63,413 nt of DNA, filler included, from Octopus bimaculoides (GCF_001194135.2; 6 parts of 5 records of this genome joined end to end with filler, not necessarily neighbours in it); one strand, 5' to 3'; counted from the first letter of the whole stretch, positions 1 to 14,127 are shown. Made by a program: numbers and translations. The notes: generated by a model not told the origin, from the letters alone.

Positions 1-210
1 TTAGAGAAAAATTTGTAGTTTAGAATCAGTAGTTCTTTGACTGCTATTTCTAAATTTTCAGTATGTTGGAGAAGCAACTCAATGCTAATCCCTGTATATT
101 TATGATGATAAATGGTTTTACCGATAAAGGTTTTTTCATACTGAACTACTTGGCAAAATTGTTGATTATTAATTCTATTATTAATTGACGATTCCCTGCC
201 CTTATTCTTG

Positions 211-258
<48 letters not shown>

Positions 259-760
259 TGAGTTTAAAGGGATATATTATCCGGGCGGATACCGTGGGAG
301 CTCTCATCTAAAGTTTAAGTGACTGCTAATCTTACGGATTAGTATTTAACGTCTATGACTACTATTACTGACATTTATGACTACTGGGAGTTGTCCCTTA
401 CGCTCTTAATTCCTCCGATGGCTAACTCCCTGTTCACTTCACTGGATGGTAATATTATCTGGAGTGTGTATTAGCAATAGTTATAACGATGGAGAATATG
501 GAGGGAGACTGGTACATCCTCAAAATTTATTTCCTTTTATTTTACAATCTTATACAGCATATTTTTATGGTTACGACGTACTACACGTGTTTCCACTGCG
601 CAGGCAGTTGCATATACAACGAGGGCATACTTTTTTGTGCAGCTTCGTTCAGGATCTTTCAACAACTTCGAAACGAAGATATACATACATATATATATAT
701 ATATCGTGGGCATCGGTACCATTTTCCTCTTTCTCCGTTCTTCCATTCTCCGAACTTTCC

Positions 761-797
761 ATCTTTCCGACGAAGGGCTACGCCCGAAACGTCATAC
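761..797 (+). ncRNA. Minimal hammerhead-like motif, variant core CCGACGA (Penelope terminus)
   Basis: CCGACGA-A-GGGC-TAC-GCCC-GAAAC-GTC at 767-793. Perfect stem II, weak stem I. Confidence 0.5.
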
Positions 798-912
798 ACT
801 CTCTCTTTCCTTTCCTGAGCGTCCAATAATACTATCCATATCACGTCCTCACTTTGTTGTTTTTTTGTTATTGTTTTTTTGAATTTATATATATACATAT
901 ATATATATATGT

Positions 913-1364
913 AGGCACAGGACTGGGTGTGTGGTGAAAATCTTGTTTCCCAATCACATGGTCCTGGGGTCAGTCCCACTGCGTGGCAACTTGGCCAAGT
1001 GACTTCTGCTATAGCCTCTGACCGACAAACGCCCTGTGAGTGGATCTGGTAGACGGAAGCTGAAAGAAGTCAGTCGTATATATATATATATATATATATA
1101 CATACATACATACATACATACATACATACATACATGTATTTATGTATGTATTTGTTATTTGTGTCTGTGTTTGTCCTCCCACCGTCGCTTGACAACCGAT
1201 GTTGGTGTGCTTACGTCCCCGTCACCTATCAGTTCGCAAAAGAAACCGATAGAATAAGTACTAAGCTTACAAAGAATAAGTCCAGGAGTCGATTTGTTCC
1301 ACTAAAGGCGGTGCTCCAGCCTGGCTGCAGTCAAATAACTGAAACAAGTAAAAGAATAAAAGAA
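913..1364 (+). mobile_element. tRNA-derived SINE, family A (central microsatellite)
   Basis: Head GGCACAGGA..GTGTGG / GTCAGTCCCACTGCG, core GGTAGACGGAAGCTGAAAGAAG, tail CCAGC.TGGC.GCAGTCAAATAACTGAAACAAGTAAAAGA. Recurs many times in the window. Confidence 0.85.
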
Positions 1365-1369
1365 TATAT

Positions 1370-1420
<51 letters not shown>

Positions 1421-2581
1421 TAAAAATAAATACAAAAAAAGGGTTTTGTATGATCGTGTATAGAGGAATATATTATTTTATTTAAAAGAGTTCCAACTCT
1501 GTCTGTTTTTTATGTTTTTTATTTATATTCTTGTAAAATTTATGTGGGATATAGAATATGGAATATATAATATATAATATAAAAAAAAGATGGATGGTAC
1601 AATGAAATGAAGTATTGAATGTCTTATTGAATATATGAAATATTGAGTGTTCAATATAAAGGATTAAATATATAAATATATAAAGGCGAATACGTATTTT
1701 CTATACCTTGTGGTATTTCATCATGGCCGGTATGACAGACTGTAACAGACTGTAACATATATAGTGTGTGTGTGTGTGTGTGCGTGTACATAAGCTTCTG
1801 TGTGTGCGTGTTTGTTTCCTTGTGTCTATGACTGTAATATAGCCGTAAGTCATTAAATACATTAACAAAATTAACTTCACCAGTAACAGCCAAGATTGTT
1901 GCTATGATAACAACGTCAGCTAGAATAACATAGCATCACGTACAAGAAGACAACAACAGCAAGATGAACAACAATAGCATGGTTGTTTCTATTGTAACAA
2001 TAACAACAACAACGACTACAACAATACGGACATCTTTACTAGGAATCACGGTAGCAATAATAACAGTAAGAAAACAGCAACACAAGACGATATCGTATCA
2101 ACATCTTTATAAGAAAACATTAGCAGCATCAACAACTACGGCAACAATAGCAACAACAATAACGACGAAAAGCGACAATAACAACAAAACCAAACAATAA
2201 TCTCTTGAATATTCTAACGTGATGATGAACAAAAGCACAAAGATAAATTAAAATAGATGAAAACCCCAAAAAAATTTTAGAAAAAAAAAGCTATCTAAAA
2301 CAGCAACAATAACTTGACAACAACACAACAAAACAGAACAACAACGACAACAGTGACTTGCGGTGTCAATTGCTGATTGATTTATCGATTATATATCGAA
2401 TAAACCTCTGCCATGGAAATCTCTCGAAATTTGATATTCAGTTCTATTTTGGCGATTTTGTATAGAGTTGATGACTCAATGTTAAGACAAGATGGCGTTG
2501 ATTATGTTCTATGAGCGTGTGTGTGTGTATATATACATATATATATGTGTGTGTGTAAGTGTGTTTGTTCGTATGTACGTA

Positions 2582-2629
<48 letters not shown>

Positions 2630-4689
2630 GTGATGTATATATTTATATCTGTATATGTACGTATCGTATGTCATGCACGTACATAATACAAATATCATTC
2701 TACATTCATATATATATATATATATATACATACATTCATATATATANNNNNNNNNNNNNNNNNNNNNNNNNNNNNNNNNNNNNNNNNNNNNNNNNNNNNN
2801 NNNNNNNNNNNNNNNNNNNNNNNNNNNNNNNNNNNNNNNNNNNNNNNNNNNNNNNNNNNNNNNNNNNNNNNNNNNNNNNNNNNNNNNNNNNNNNNNNNNN
2901 NNNNNNNNNNNNNNNNNNNNNNNNNNNNNNNNNNNNNNNNNNNNNNNNNNNNNNNNNNNNNNNNNNNNNNNNNNNNNNNNNNNNNNNNNNNNNNNNNNNN
3001 NNNNNNNNNNNNNNNNNNNNNNNNNNNNNNNNNNNNNNNNNNNNNNNNNNNNNNNNNNNNNNNNNNNNNNNNNNNNNNNNNNNNNNNNNNNNNNNNNNNN
3101 NNNNNNNNNNNNNNNNNNNNNNNNNNNNNNNNNNNNNNNNNNNNNNNNNNNNNNNNNNNNNNNNNNNNNNNNNNNNNNNNNNNNNNNNNNNNNNNNNNNN
3201 NNNNNNNNNNNNNNNNNNNNNNNNNNNNNNNNNNNNNNNNNNNNNNNNNNNNNNNNNNNNNNNNNNNNNNNNNNNNNNNNNNNNNNNNNNNNNNNNNNNN
3301 NNNNNNNNNNNNNNNNNNNNNNNNNNNNNNNNNNNNNNNNNNNNNNNNNNNNNNNNNNNNNNNNNNNNNNNNNNNNNNNNNNNNNNNNNNNNNNNNNNNN
3401 NNNNNNNNNNNNNNNNNNNNNNNNNNNNNNNNNNNNNNNNNNNNNNNNNNNNNNNNNNNNNNNNNNNNNNNNNNNNNNNNNNNNNNNNNNNNNNNNNNNN
3501 NNNNNNNNNNNNNNNNNNNNNNNNNNNNNNNNNNNNNNNNNNNNNNNNNNNNNNNNNNNNNNNNNNNNNNNNNNNNNNNNNNNNNNNNNNNNNNNNNNNN
3601 NNNNNNNNNNNNNNNNNNNNNNNNNNNNNNNNNNNNNNNNNNNNNNNNNNNNNNNNNNNNNNNNNNNNNNNNNNNNNNNNNNNNNNNNNNNNNNNNNNNN
3701 NNNNNNNNNNNNNNNNNNNATTTTATTTGAGGATGGCGTCTGGAAGCCAAGCAGACGAACGCCCGGTCTCCTTGGCAACTCTTTGCGACGTTGACTTCCA
3801 TACACTCCCTTCACCACAGCTTCATGAAGGAGGGGGAAGAAGGGGAGAAGTGTCACACAAACAGGTGCAGGTGTGAGCATGAACGCTAACACCGCCACCG
3901 CCACCACCACCACCGCGACCACCACCAGCAATAACAGCGATATTGTCGCAAAGGCTTCGACAGAGGCACAGTGGCTGTTATCGGTCATCTGTTTTGAAAT
4001 GGAGAAAGCCAACATTTTAGAGATTGCTGTCGTTGATCAGGAAAACTGGACAGGTTAAAAAACTCGAAATCCATGGCCGCAGTCAAATGACTGAAACAAG
4101 TTAAAGAGTATGCAGGTCACGGTTGGAACGCTTTTGATAATAAATAGTTCGTCAGAGCCAAGAAACATCTGCCAACAACGAGAGTGCAAACTTGTGCCAA
4201 GTCGTTCGGTGACTCGCTTGAAACTTACTAAAAATAGCAAGCAAATCCGTCTCAAATCATATTCTAAATTACAAGAAGACCACATTAGATAACGCGGCCT
4301 GGAATAAAAGATGGGATGGCTACGGTTTGAACAGCTTTGATCTTCGGTATGCTCAATCAGGTCTGACCTGGGGCTAAACAACAGAACCAATAGCAGCAAG
4401 CAACAGTAATGAAAAGTTAAAAGCGATAAGATAATGGGAATTTAAGTATAATTATAAACTACAAACACAATTAAAATCTGTAAGCTTTAAATAACCTGAG
4501 ATGGAGGTGTGACCCCTCTTCCTTGGAGATTACATTTGACTGTGATTCCCCTGTTGATGGATCGATACTTGTCTAAAGACCTTTGTTTTAAATCGATCAC
4601 GTATGTGAAAGACGTTTGATTGTTGCAGAAAACTATAAATGTCGACATTGTGCGAGTTTGCTTGCATTATATAGGAGCAAATAGATAAG

Positions 4690-5110
4690 TGACGTTGGTG
4701 GCGGTGGTGGTGGTGGTCGTCGTTGTCGTCGTCGTCGTGACGACGGTGGTGGTGTACTGGTGGTGGTGGTGGTNNNNNNNNNNNNNNNNNNNNNNNNNNN
4801 NNNNNNNNNNNNNNNNNNNNNNNNNNNNNNNNNNNNNNNNNNNNNNNNNNNNNNNNNNNNNNNNNNNNNNNNNNNNNNNNNNNNNNNNNNNNNNNNNNNN
4901 NNNNNNNNNGTTGTGATGGTGATAGTGGCTGTGGAAGAGGTGATGTTGATAGTGGTGGTGGTGGTGGTGGTGGTGGTGGTGGTGTGGTGTTTGTGGCAAT
5001 GTTGTTGGTAGCCGAGAGGGTAGCGATGGGAGTAGAGGTACTGCTGACGTGTTGCTGATGTTGGCGGTGGTGGTGAAGATGGTGGTGGTAGTGGTGGTGG
5101 TGGCGGTGAC
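4690..5110. repeat. (GGT)n-rich trinucleotide repeat with internal gap
   Basis: Direct observation. Confidence 0.9.
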
Positions 5111-6109
5111 ACTATGTGGCGGAAGTGAGTATAGTAGGTCTGGTGCTAATGCACAGGGTAGCAGTAGTAGTAGTAGCAATGTCGACCTCGATAGAATTTC
5201 AACTCTGAATTTAAAGACGGACGAAATGCCCCAGCATGACCGCAGCCACTGGCTGAAACAAATAAAGGATAACACGTAAGAAAGCAAAGAAGAAAAAAAG
5301 GAAAAAATGAATAACGAAGGAAAGAAAGAAAAGCGAAATAAAAATGTGGGAAAAGAAATATTGATTTCAAATTTTGGCACAAGGCCAGGAATTTGTGGGT
5401 GGGGTGTTACTTATTTCATCAACCCCGAAAGTATGAAAGGCAAGGTTGACCGCGAAGTAATTTGAACTCAGAACGTAAAGACGGACGAAATGCCGCTAAA
5501 CATTTCGTCCGACGTGCTAATGACTCTGCCATGATATTATTGCTGGTGATGGCCGAGAGAAGTGTCATCATTACTGTTCACCTCCAGGTCAGGCATGTGT
5601 AAGCATAACTATGATCAAAGGCTTTCCATCCGTGAACATCGAATCCTTTTTGGCCTTTGAGCATTAATCAGAGTACCACCTATATTTTTTCCTTTGCTTC
5701 ATTAATCGGTGATTATGAAATTTGGAAGGGAATTTGGTTGTTATTTCTAGCAAATTGAATGATCACATGGGAGCTCAAACGTTGATTGGTGGCGATGTGT
5801 GTTAAAAGTGCTCGTGGTAACGGTGTTTGATTTAGAATAATTGCGTAACGTTAATTAATAATCTAGTTATTATTTAATAGACTTTCATCAACATCATCAC
5901 TTTTATTGAGATGAAAACAGAAAGTAAAGCATTAGAATTCGACTAAAATAGGCTAATTAATTTAGTTTGCTAATTAAGTTAGGTTAATTTCGCTTACTAT
6001 CAATTGTTTTTCAAATGCATTCAAATTACTTTGGATGCTGCGACAAAGGAAAGTTTGTTTCTATTCGTACCCATAAATCTATATGCTCTCATACATGCAC
6101 GTACACACA

Positions 6110-6141
<32 letters not shown>

Positions 6142-6189
6142 ATACATGTATATGTATGTGTATAGATATCTCTCTCTATTTCTACGTAG

Positions 6190-6220
<31 letters not shown>

Positions 6221-7106
6221 CACGTTCATTCCATTCTGATGAAAGGAACTTGTATAATTACGTACTTCTACACAGAGAGCTATGCATTCTTAATCATATA
6301 TGTACACACTGACACAATCAACTGCACATTCTTATACCTAGAACGGTAGATTTCTTCACATAACTAAATATTCCTCAATATAGACTTATATACATTTCTA
6401 GATACGAAATGGAGGCACATAAAACGCGATGCAGTTAATAAGGTAGCTATGATATCATTTGATACAATCCAATCTCCCTAGACGGCAATTGGTTAATTGT
6501 CAAACCATAGAGGCAGATTGGCTAATTGGTAGAGATCAATTGGAAAAAATGCTTTGCAGTATTTATCTTCGTTTTCTGCTCTTCCAGTTCAAATTCCTCG
6601 GAGATCGGTTTTGTTTATATTTGCTCTTGGATTCTGTGTGGTCTTCGATGGTACACTTAATTCTTTGACTAGTATTGAAACACCACCTGTTTTTTAGGGG
6701 ACTCGTTTTACCTATCCCTTGGTCTTTCTTGCCAAATAATACATGGGAATAGGCGCCACAATTCCCTATTCGGCTACACGTTAACAAGTAACAGAGAAAG
6801 AGAGAGTGTGTGTCGGCTTCCCATTTCAAAGTATAAGTATTCACTGATCCATCTATCCATCCATCCTTACATACATACATACATACATACATACATGGTA
6901 ATTGCGCGTTCTTCACCGATAATTGCTGTCTTTCTCTCAGTATTTTCGACATTCCATGACCTCTCAAATGACTATTTAGTTCCGCTTCATGGTTTGAAGC
7001 ATTTGTAACTGCCACTAAGTTCATTGGATCACCTTGTAAGATATGAACCTTGTAAGCATATATATACATATACATACATAAATGCATACATACATACATG
7101 CATACA

Positions 7107-7139
<33 letters not shown>

Positions 7140-7544
7140 GGACCCATTAATGTTTGGAAGCATACATATATACATAGATACAATTAACAATGTATCCTCA
7201 AGGTTTCACCTACTAACCATTAAAATTCCAAGAACGTATAAATGTATATTATAATTATCTGAGAAACAGAGATTGCAATTTCTGCAGATGAGCTAATCGT
7301 ATACCTGTTACTATTATTTTCTTTAAGACTCCAGATATATTTTGATAGAGAAGTAGTTATTCATATTTCTACCAGACAACATAACGAAAAATTAGTTATT
7401 AAAAAACGTAGATTTAGTTTTCCAGCAATGGTCACTGGAGTACTTTGTTAGATGACTGACTACCTCCCCAAACAAGAAAGAACACATCTAGTAAGAGATA
7501 ATTATGCTGACGTCTGCGATTTTGCGGGTTCTATTTGTATTAAC

Positions 7545-7705
7545 CACATCCAACAAAGTGGGAAATAGTCGAAAAACCACACCATATGTTAATGGATCAA
7601 AAAAATGTAAGCTATGCGCAGCTGAAAGAACTCAAATCCTATTCAGATCGATCTCTTACTCACTGCCGAATTCTAGATCCGAAATGTTCAACTGTCTACA
7701 AACCA
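7545..7705 (+). mobile_element. Penelope-like element GIY-YIG endonuclease C-terminal remnant
   Basis: TPYVNGSKKCKLCAAERTQIL...LPNSRSEMFNC matches the Y-x-NGS-x2-C-x2-C-x2-E...N-x-RSE pattern of PLE GIY-YIG domains. Confidence 0.75.
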
Positions 7706-8745
7706 TTTTCTTTATTTATTCATTCAACTGTCTACAAACTTAGCCAGGCTGAAATAATTAATGCATTCTTCCAGAAGTGAATAAAAAATTTTCAAACTTG
7801 AGAGGATGGGCCCCTTAGACACTAACATGGGCCCCCACGTATAGATTCTAATGGCGCAGGGGCCCACTTGCCTTCGGGCAAGCTGGCAACCTGGCCAGTC
7901 CGCCACTGCACATACATACGTACCATACATAAATAAATACGTAGATATGTACGTATGTATAGGCATTTATGATAAACTACGCTGATGATAAAGAAAGAGC
8001 CTTTTGTTTTTAGATTAGGAACTGGCTCTCTTCGATGAAAAAAACACAGCCAGGAATACATGCAACCATATATACGTATGTGCACACATACGCACAAACA
8101 CACACACACACACACACACAAACACAAACACACATAAATATGTCTATGTACGTATTTATACGTATATACAGACAGACAGACAGACAGACAGACAGATAGG
8201 CAGACAGACAGACAAGTATACCAACGCTAAACCTTTGTTGAGAACATCAACAAGTAAAAGCCAGGAGATGGATGTAAATGCCAACAAATGTTTTTATATT
8301 TACTACTACTACTACTACTACTACTATTACTACTACTGTTTTGTTTTTAAATCAGTTTAAAACATTACCCCTGCCTTTTGCGCCAACGACCCAACCAATC
8401 AACGCGCCCACCACGCCATCAATTAATGGTCCATCACATACTTTGTATTGGCTCATTACGCTCACAATGGTACATAGTTTATTGATATTCTCTTGTCTGT
8501 CTGTGCGTCTGTTTGTCTCTACCCTCCGTTTCCCTTCTCATTCGTCAATTCCTTCGCTATTTCTTTCAATATTATTTTTTATTCTTTCTCTTTTATTGTT
8601 TTCGCAAACTATTTTTTTAATTCATTTTTTTTCTTTTTCATTTTCTTTTTTTCCATTTTGTCTTTCTGTCTTTCATTTTTTCCTTCTTTTCTTTGTTGAA
8701 TCATAATGTGTTCTTTCGATCATACAATATTTCTTATTCCCATTA

Positions 8746-8955
8746 AGGCGGCGAGCTGGCAGAATCGTCAGCACGCCGAGCAAAATGCTTAGCGGCATTT
8801 CGTCTGCCCTTAACGTTCTGAGTTCAAATTCCTCCGAGGCCTACTTTGCTTTTTATCCCTTCGGAGTCGATAAAATAAGTACCAGTCGAGTTGATGTAAT
8901 CGACTTACCCCTCCACGGAAACTGCTGGCCTTGTGCCAAAATTCGAAACTAATAT
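8746..8955 (+). mobile_element. tRNA-derived SINE, family B
   Basis: GGCGGCGAGCTGGCAGAATCGTCAGCACGCC...GTTCTGAGTTCAAATTCC...GATAAAATAAGTACCAGT...GCCTTGTGCCAAAATT. A second copy follows at about 9062-9258. Confidence 0.85.
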
Positions 8956-10353
8956 TTCTTTTCACCACTGTCAAGAGAAGCTTAGCTTAATGGAATAGAA
9001 GGCTCAGCCAGTATCTGAGAGGTACAGGGTTTGTTTCTCTGTAGCCACCAGCTGGCTACATTTTAAGCGCCCAGCAAAATCCTTAGCGACATTTCTCCGG
9101 CTCTTTACGTTCTGAGTTCAAATTCCGCTGAGGTCGACTTAGCCTTTCATCTTTTCGGGGTTGATAAAATAAGTACCAGCGAATCACTGGGGTCGATGTA
9201 ATCGACTACTCCCTTCCCCCAAAATTGCTGGCTTTGTGACAACCTTCGAAACTAATATTTTTTCCTCACTTTTTCTTTCACTCTTCTTTTCATTCATTAT
9301 TCATTTCTTCCTTTTTTCTTCTTTGCCTTCTTACTTGTTATCCTTTACTTTGTTCAATCATTGAACTGCGGTTATGCTGGGGCACCGCCTCTGGGAGTTT
9401 AGTCCAGTGGTTTTCAGTCGGGGTCCATAAAATGTTCTTAAATGCAAAAAGGATGAGAACATTTTACCAAACACGTTGAGGAACGTCTCAGGACTGCCTG
9501 GAATTCGGAAACTAATGTGGCCGGTTACCCGGTTTTCATGACATATAAGTGGCCGAGGTCATAACTCTCCGCCTAAATGGGACTGCCGGACATCACAGAT
9601 TACGGATTTCGAGTTGAGTGGACCATAACAGCGTGGAATGAAGTGCTTTGCTCAAGAATACAACGCACCACCTGGTTCAGGAATCGAAACTACGATCTTT
9701 TGATCATAGATTTGAGAGTAGAAGCTACGACCTTGCGATCGTCAGTGCTGAATGCCTCCATCAGAAAAATGTAGATTAAATAAACGTTAACACGAGGAGT
9801 AAAAACTCGTACTACTGTACATAGTAGGCAGAAAGTTCGACATTTTGAAAACTGCCCACGGTTAATTAGCGTGGTTGATTCGCTTGCATGTCTGTAATTG
9901 CCATCATGCCACCGCTGATATGTATACTTTCTTGAAAGGGCTCCTGATTTCACTGTCATGGTGTTACTTTTTACATGCTGCATTAAGTAAATGTTGCATT
10001 TAGATGCCGGTATATGGGATGCTGGCATTTGGTAAAAGCCAAAATGTAAGCTACTAATGACAAGTATTGGTCGTAAATATAACATTGGACTAATCTCTAA
10101 TCGATTGTCGCAAATGGTAAGCTAGGTGCTATTGCTTTTTCTGTTTCTTCTGTTATCCTGTCTGCTTTTTGTTACATTTAACCAGTCGTTGTACTCATTG
10201 ATTAATTCAGACGAACTACTTCAACCGTAAATCAATTCTATTGGCGAAATCCCATCGCTGGCACGCCGAGTATATGGTCTTGCTTTTGGCAGAATAAATC
10301 GCATTGAAATATCTGTGAATCAATAGACATTCAATAAAGATTTTCTTTTGCAG

Positions 10354-10437
10354 ATGTTCGATTGGATTATCCAAAAGGCAAATGGAAAGTCAACTCTTTT
10401 GTTTTCCGGATTCTTCGTCATCGCAAACAGAAGAATG
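10354..10437 (+). other. Candidate 84-nt internal exon of an unidentified gene
   Basis: TTTTCTTTTGCAG acceptor and G|GTAAAG donor, length divisible by 3, open in all frames (phase 1: DVRLDYPKGKWKVNSFVFRILRHRKQKNG). No recognisable homology. Confidence 0.3.
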
Positions 10438-11382
10438 GTAAAGATCGGCGAAGGAGAAAATGTTAAGTGGATCATGAACAAGAATTCAAGTCCCCAACAG
10501 GGCTGAATAAGTACTGTAATATGGGTTTGCCAAATATTGACACGTAAAAGAAGGAGGTATTGATCGTAAGAATGAAGGATCTACATTAAGGCATGCGGGA
10601 AGGTAAGGACTTACGATAAATATCTTAGTTTTATCTTTTATTTTTTTCAGTCACTTGACTGCAGCCATGCTAAGGCATCGACTTGAAGGGGTTTTAAGAC
10701 TTTGCCTTTTATCTTTTCGAACTCGCGATTACATCCACCCCAGTGTTTCCCTGATACTTCATTTCTCGACTCCGAAAGGGTGAAAGGTAAAGTCGACCTA
10801 GGCAGAATTTGAATTCAGAACATATAGACGAACGAAATGCCGTTAAGCATTTTAACCGGCGTGCTTACATTTCTGTCAGCTCGACGTCTAATTTGAAGAA
10901 ATATTAAATTTTGTATCTACCCTTAAAGAAATAGCATAAATGGATCAATAGAACAAGGAGCAGAGAAACTATATGGTTCGGCTCATCCATTGTTCTAAAT
11001 GTAGGATCCACTGTGGCGACATCATATGTGTTACAGGCTCTGTAATAAGGAAAATAAAGACAAATTAGCCACATTTGAGTATGGAACCACATGCATAGAA
11101 TCCAGACGATGTATAACGAATTAACTGGCATAGAGCAACGCATAGAGGAAAACAGATGTAGCTACAATAGATCAAGGTCTTAGCTAAGATATAGTAATAA
11201 TTTTATTAGTATATAGTAATAATATATTATATACATAGGCACAGGAGTGGCTGTGTGGTAAGTAGCTTGCTTACCAATCACANNNNNNNNNNNNNNNNNN
11301 NNNNNNNNNNNNNNNNNNNNNNNNNNNNNNNNNNNNNNNNNNNNNNNNNNNNNNNNNNNNNNNNNNNNNNNNNNNNNNNNNN

Positions 11383-11424
<42 letters not shown>

Positions 11425-11486
11425 AATTTCTAGCAATACATATGTACACATTTACGTAGCATTGATATATACATATTTTTTATTAT

Positions 11487-11531
<45 letters not shown>

Positions 11532-12106
11532 ACATACTCATAGTCATACACATACATATAACTGAAGACCATTAATCCATCTTCCCAATGGACACCAACA
11601 TACACGTGATCTTCCCTTCTCCGTCTTATTAAGTCTCTTTTTCTTTAAAAACATAAACTACCATACTTATACATACATACATACATACATATAGATAGAG
11701 ATGTATGCCTACATACATGTATGCATATGTATATACATTACCAATATACACACAAACACTTGGATATATCTACACTACACACACGCAAACACAAACACAA
11801 ACACATACATACATATATTTATATATATATATATATATTTGTCTGTAGATGTTTGTCATGTATGTATATATGGAAACTTAAGTTACATAGAAAGGGAGAT
11901 AGGAATAGAAATGGCGCAACAACGATTGATTGAGAGAACTAACATACCATATATGTATGTGTATGTATAACTCTGTTTGTGCATACGTGTATGTGTGTTT
12001 GTGTTAAATCAGTTGTACGATGGCCTTATTTCATAAAAAATAAACGAACATACTTATGTCTGTGTGATTGTGCGTATATATTTGTATATATAATGATGTT
12101 TGTTAA

Positions 12107-12108
12107 TG

Positions 12109-12146
<38 letters not shown>

Positions 12147-12147
12147 G

Positions 12148-12179
<32 letters not shown>

Positions 12180-12265
12180 GATAATAGTAATAACAATAAT
12201 AATAACAATAATAATAATAATAATAATAATATTTTGTAATAATAATAATAATAATAAAAATAATA
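12107..12265. repeat. (AAT)n microsatellite
   Basis: Direct observation; source of the poly-N, poly-I and poly-L ORFs. Confidence 0.95.
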
Positions 12266-13028
12266 AATTCATAATAGGAATAATAAATGATAGAGATACA
12301 AGGAAAAATCTATGGAAAACAACAAGCTTTAGTTGATAATTTCCCCCGAGTAGCCATAAAACTGTAATAAAGTCCAGTTAGTTTTTCCAAACTGATTGAA
12401 TAACACCAATATTAATAACAATAATGATAAGAAGAATGCTGAGGATATAATGATGATGATGATGATGATGGTGGTGGTGATGATGATGATGATGATGATG
12501 ATATCTTTATTGCGCCAAGGGCAAATGGAGGAATTAAGATCAAAATTCATAATATTAATAATAATAATAATTGAGTAACAAAGACGGGTTGGTGGGAAGA
12601 AACCAATTATAACATGATATAATTATAATGTCAAAAATGTGAGTAATAATAATAATTTTTTTTTATATGTCACAAGGGGAGACGGATAAAGGGGACTTTG
12701 TTAGGACTAAGCAGAATCGATGATGAGGATTTACATTGAATCGTTCGATTCCATTCTATCACTGTTCACTAATGTCCATTGGTTTTTGTGGTATATAATT
12801 TATCATTTTTTTCTCTATAAGAGTTTGCTTCCCTTTTTGTGTGACCTACCCCGTTTCTGTGCAACCGATCACTGAGAGGATCCACCCGACCACTGACGGA
12901 TCCCATTCTCATAGCGGGCTAACCATAACTAGCTCACACACACACATACATACACGCATACATACACTCTCTCTCACACACACATACAACACACACAGAC
13001 ATATTCTCAATCCATTTCTTCCTCAATC

Positions 13029-13064
13029 CTTTCTGTCGAAGAGCGGAGGCACGAAACGTCAAAG
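13029..13064 (+). ncRNA. Minimal hammerhead-like motif, variant core CUGUCGA
   Basis: CTTT-CTGTCGA-A-GAGC-GGAG-GCAC-GAAAC-GTC-AAAG: stem I CTTT/AAAG, stem II with one mismatch, ACGT palindrome. Confidence 0.5.
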
Positions 13065-13326
13065 ACTTTTCCATTCTTCCAAGAGCGTTAAACTATTACA
13101 CCTGCTTCTTGTTCCTCGCCCGTCTTCGTCTTTTGTTTTCTATAAATAAACTGCAAAGATGATCTGGAACTTGACTGAGGAAAGGAAACTCCGAATGACC
13201 CGCCCTAGTTTCTTCTTGTCCCTTTTGGTATCATCTAACTGTCTGGATGTTTTGTTGCCGCATGTTGCGTTCTTGTCCCATTTTCTATTCTTTTTTATAT
13301 TCATATACATATATTCTATGTCTTTG

Positions 13327-13412
13327 TGCAGCTGAGGATTGGTGTGCATTTAAATTGATATAATGGTTGCATTGTTCAATTAAATGGAGTTGCGTGAAAC
13401 GATCGTACTGCA
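13327..13412 (+). ncRNA. Type I hammerhead ribozyme-like motif with intact core (Penelope-type)
   Basis: TGCAG-CTGAGGA-[long hairpin CATTTAAATTGA...TCAATTAAATG]-GAAAC-GATC-GTA-CTGCA: 5-bp stem I, CUGANGA and GAAA core, palindromic GATC stem III, GUA cleavage triplet. The base of stem II pairs poorly. Confidence 0.6.
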
Positions 13413-13549
13413 TTACCTCTGGATATCCTTGCTGCTTATTTTGATTCTAATCGCCTTATTTTGAAATTGTATGGATAATACCGTACTAAATTCTGGTGCC
13501 TCAACTTAAGTACCATATTCATTTGAATCTAAAGTTTTGCTAAACTCAT

Positions 13550-13649
13550 NNNNNNNNNNNNNNNNNNNNNNNNNNNNNNNNNNNNNNNNNNNNTTAATTA
13601 ATTAANNNNNNNNNNNNNNNNNNNNNNNNNNNNNNNNNNNNNNNNNNNN
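13550..13649. other. Artificial scaffold linker (44 N + TTAATTAATTAA + 44 N)
   Basis: Exactly 100 bp. Identical linkers at 26921-27020, 37725-37824, 53372-53471 and 60235-60334. Confidence 0.92.
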
Positions 13650-14127
13650 TATATATATATATTTATATGTGTATATATATATGTATATATGTGTGTGTGT
13701 ATATATGTATATATATATATATATATGTACGTATGTATGTATGAATGTATGTATGTATGTATACACCTTCTCAAACACCAGTTGCTGATGTCACCTTACA
13801 CAAGACCAGTGGAAAAATACAGTGACTTCTTAAGAGAACCAACCAACTAGAACGACTGATGACCATCAGGCCAAAGTTAATTATGGAGTCCCTACAGGGA
13901 AGTCAACCAAGCAGAACACTGAACTTGACCAAAACAAAAACAGGTTGTCTGAAAATAGAAAATATTTTTTATCAAAATAACATTACAAAACCTGCACCCA
14001 AACAAAAGGTGTTCCTATATACAGGGAACCAACTAACCAACCAACCAACCAAAATAATAATGCCAAAACAAAATATATCTTTTGATCAAAACCATCCATG
14101 AGAAAAATTATAACCAATCAAAAATTA

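Noticed and set aside
2444-4015. Long ORFs of 368-523 aa, and similar ones at 42658-43320 and 49892-50834
   Set aside because: They are open only because they run through N gaps and microsatellites.
3733-4058. GC-richer ORFs MASGSQADER... and MNANTATA..., and the hydrophobic minus-strand frame
   Set aside because: No recognisable domain, the hydrophobic run derives from an (ACC)n repeat, and the upstream context is a gap.
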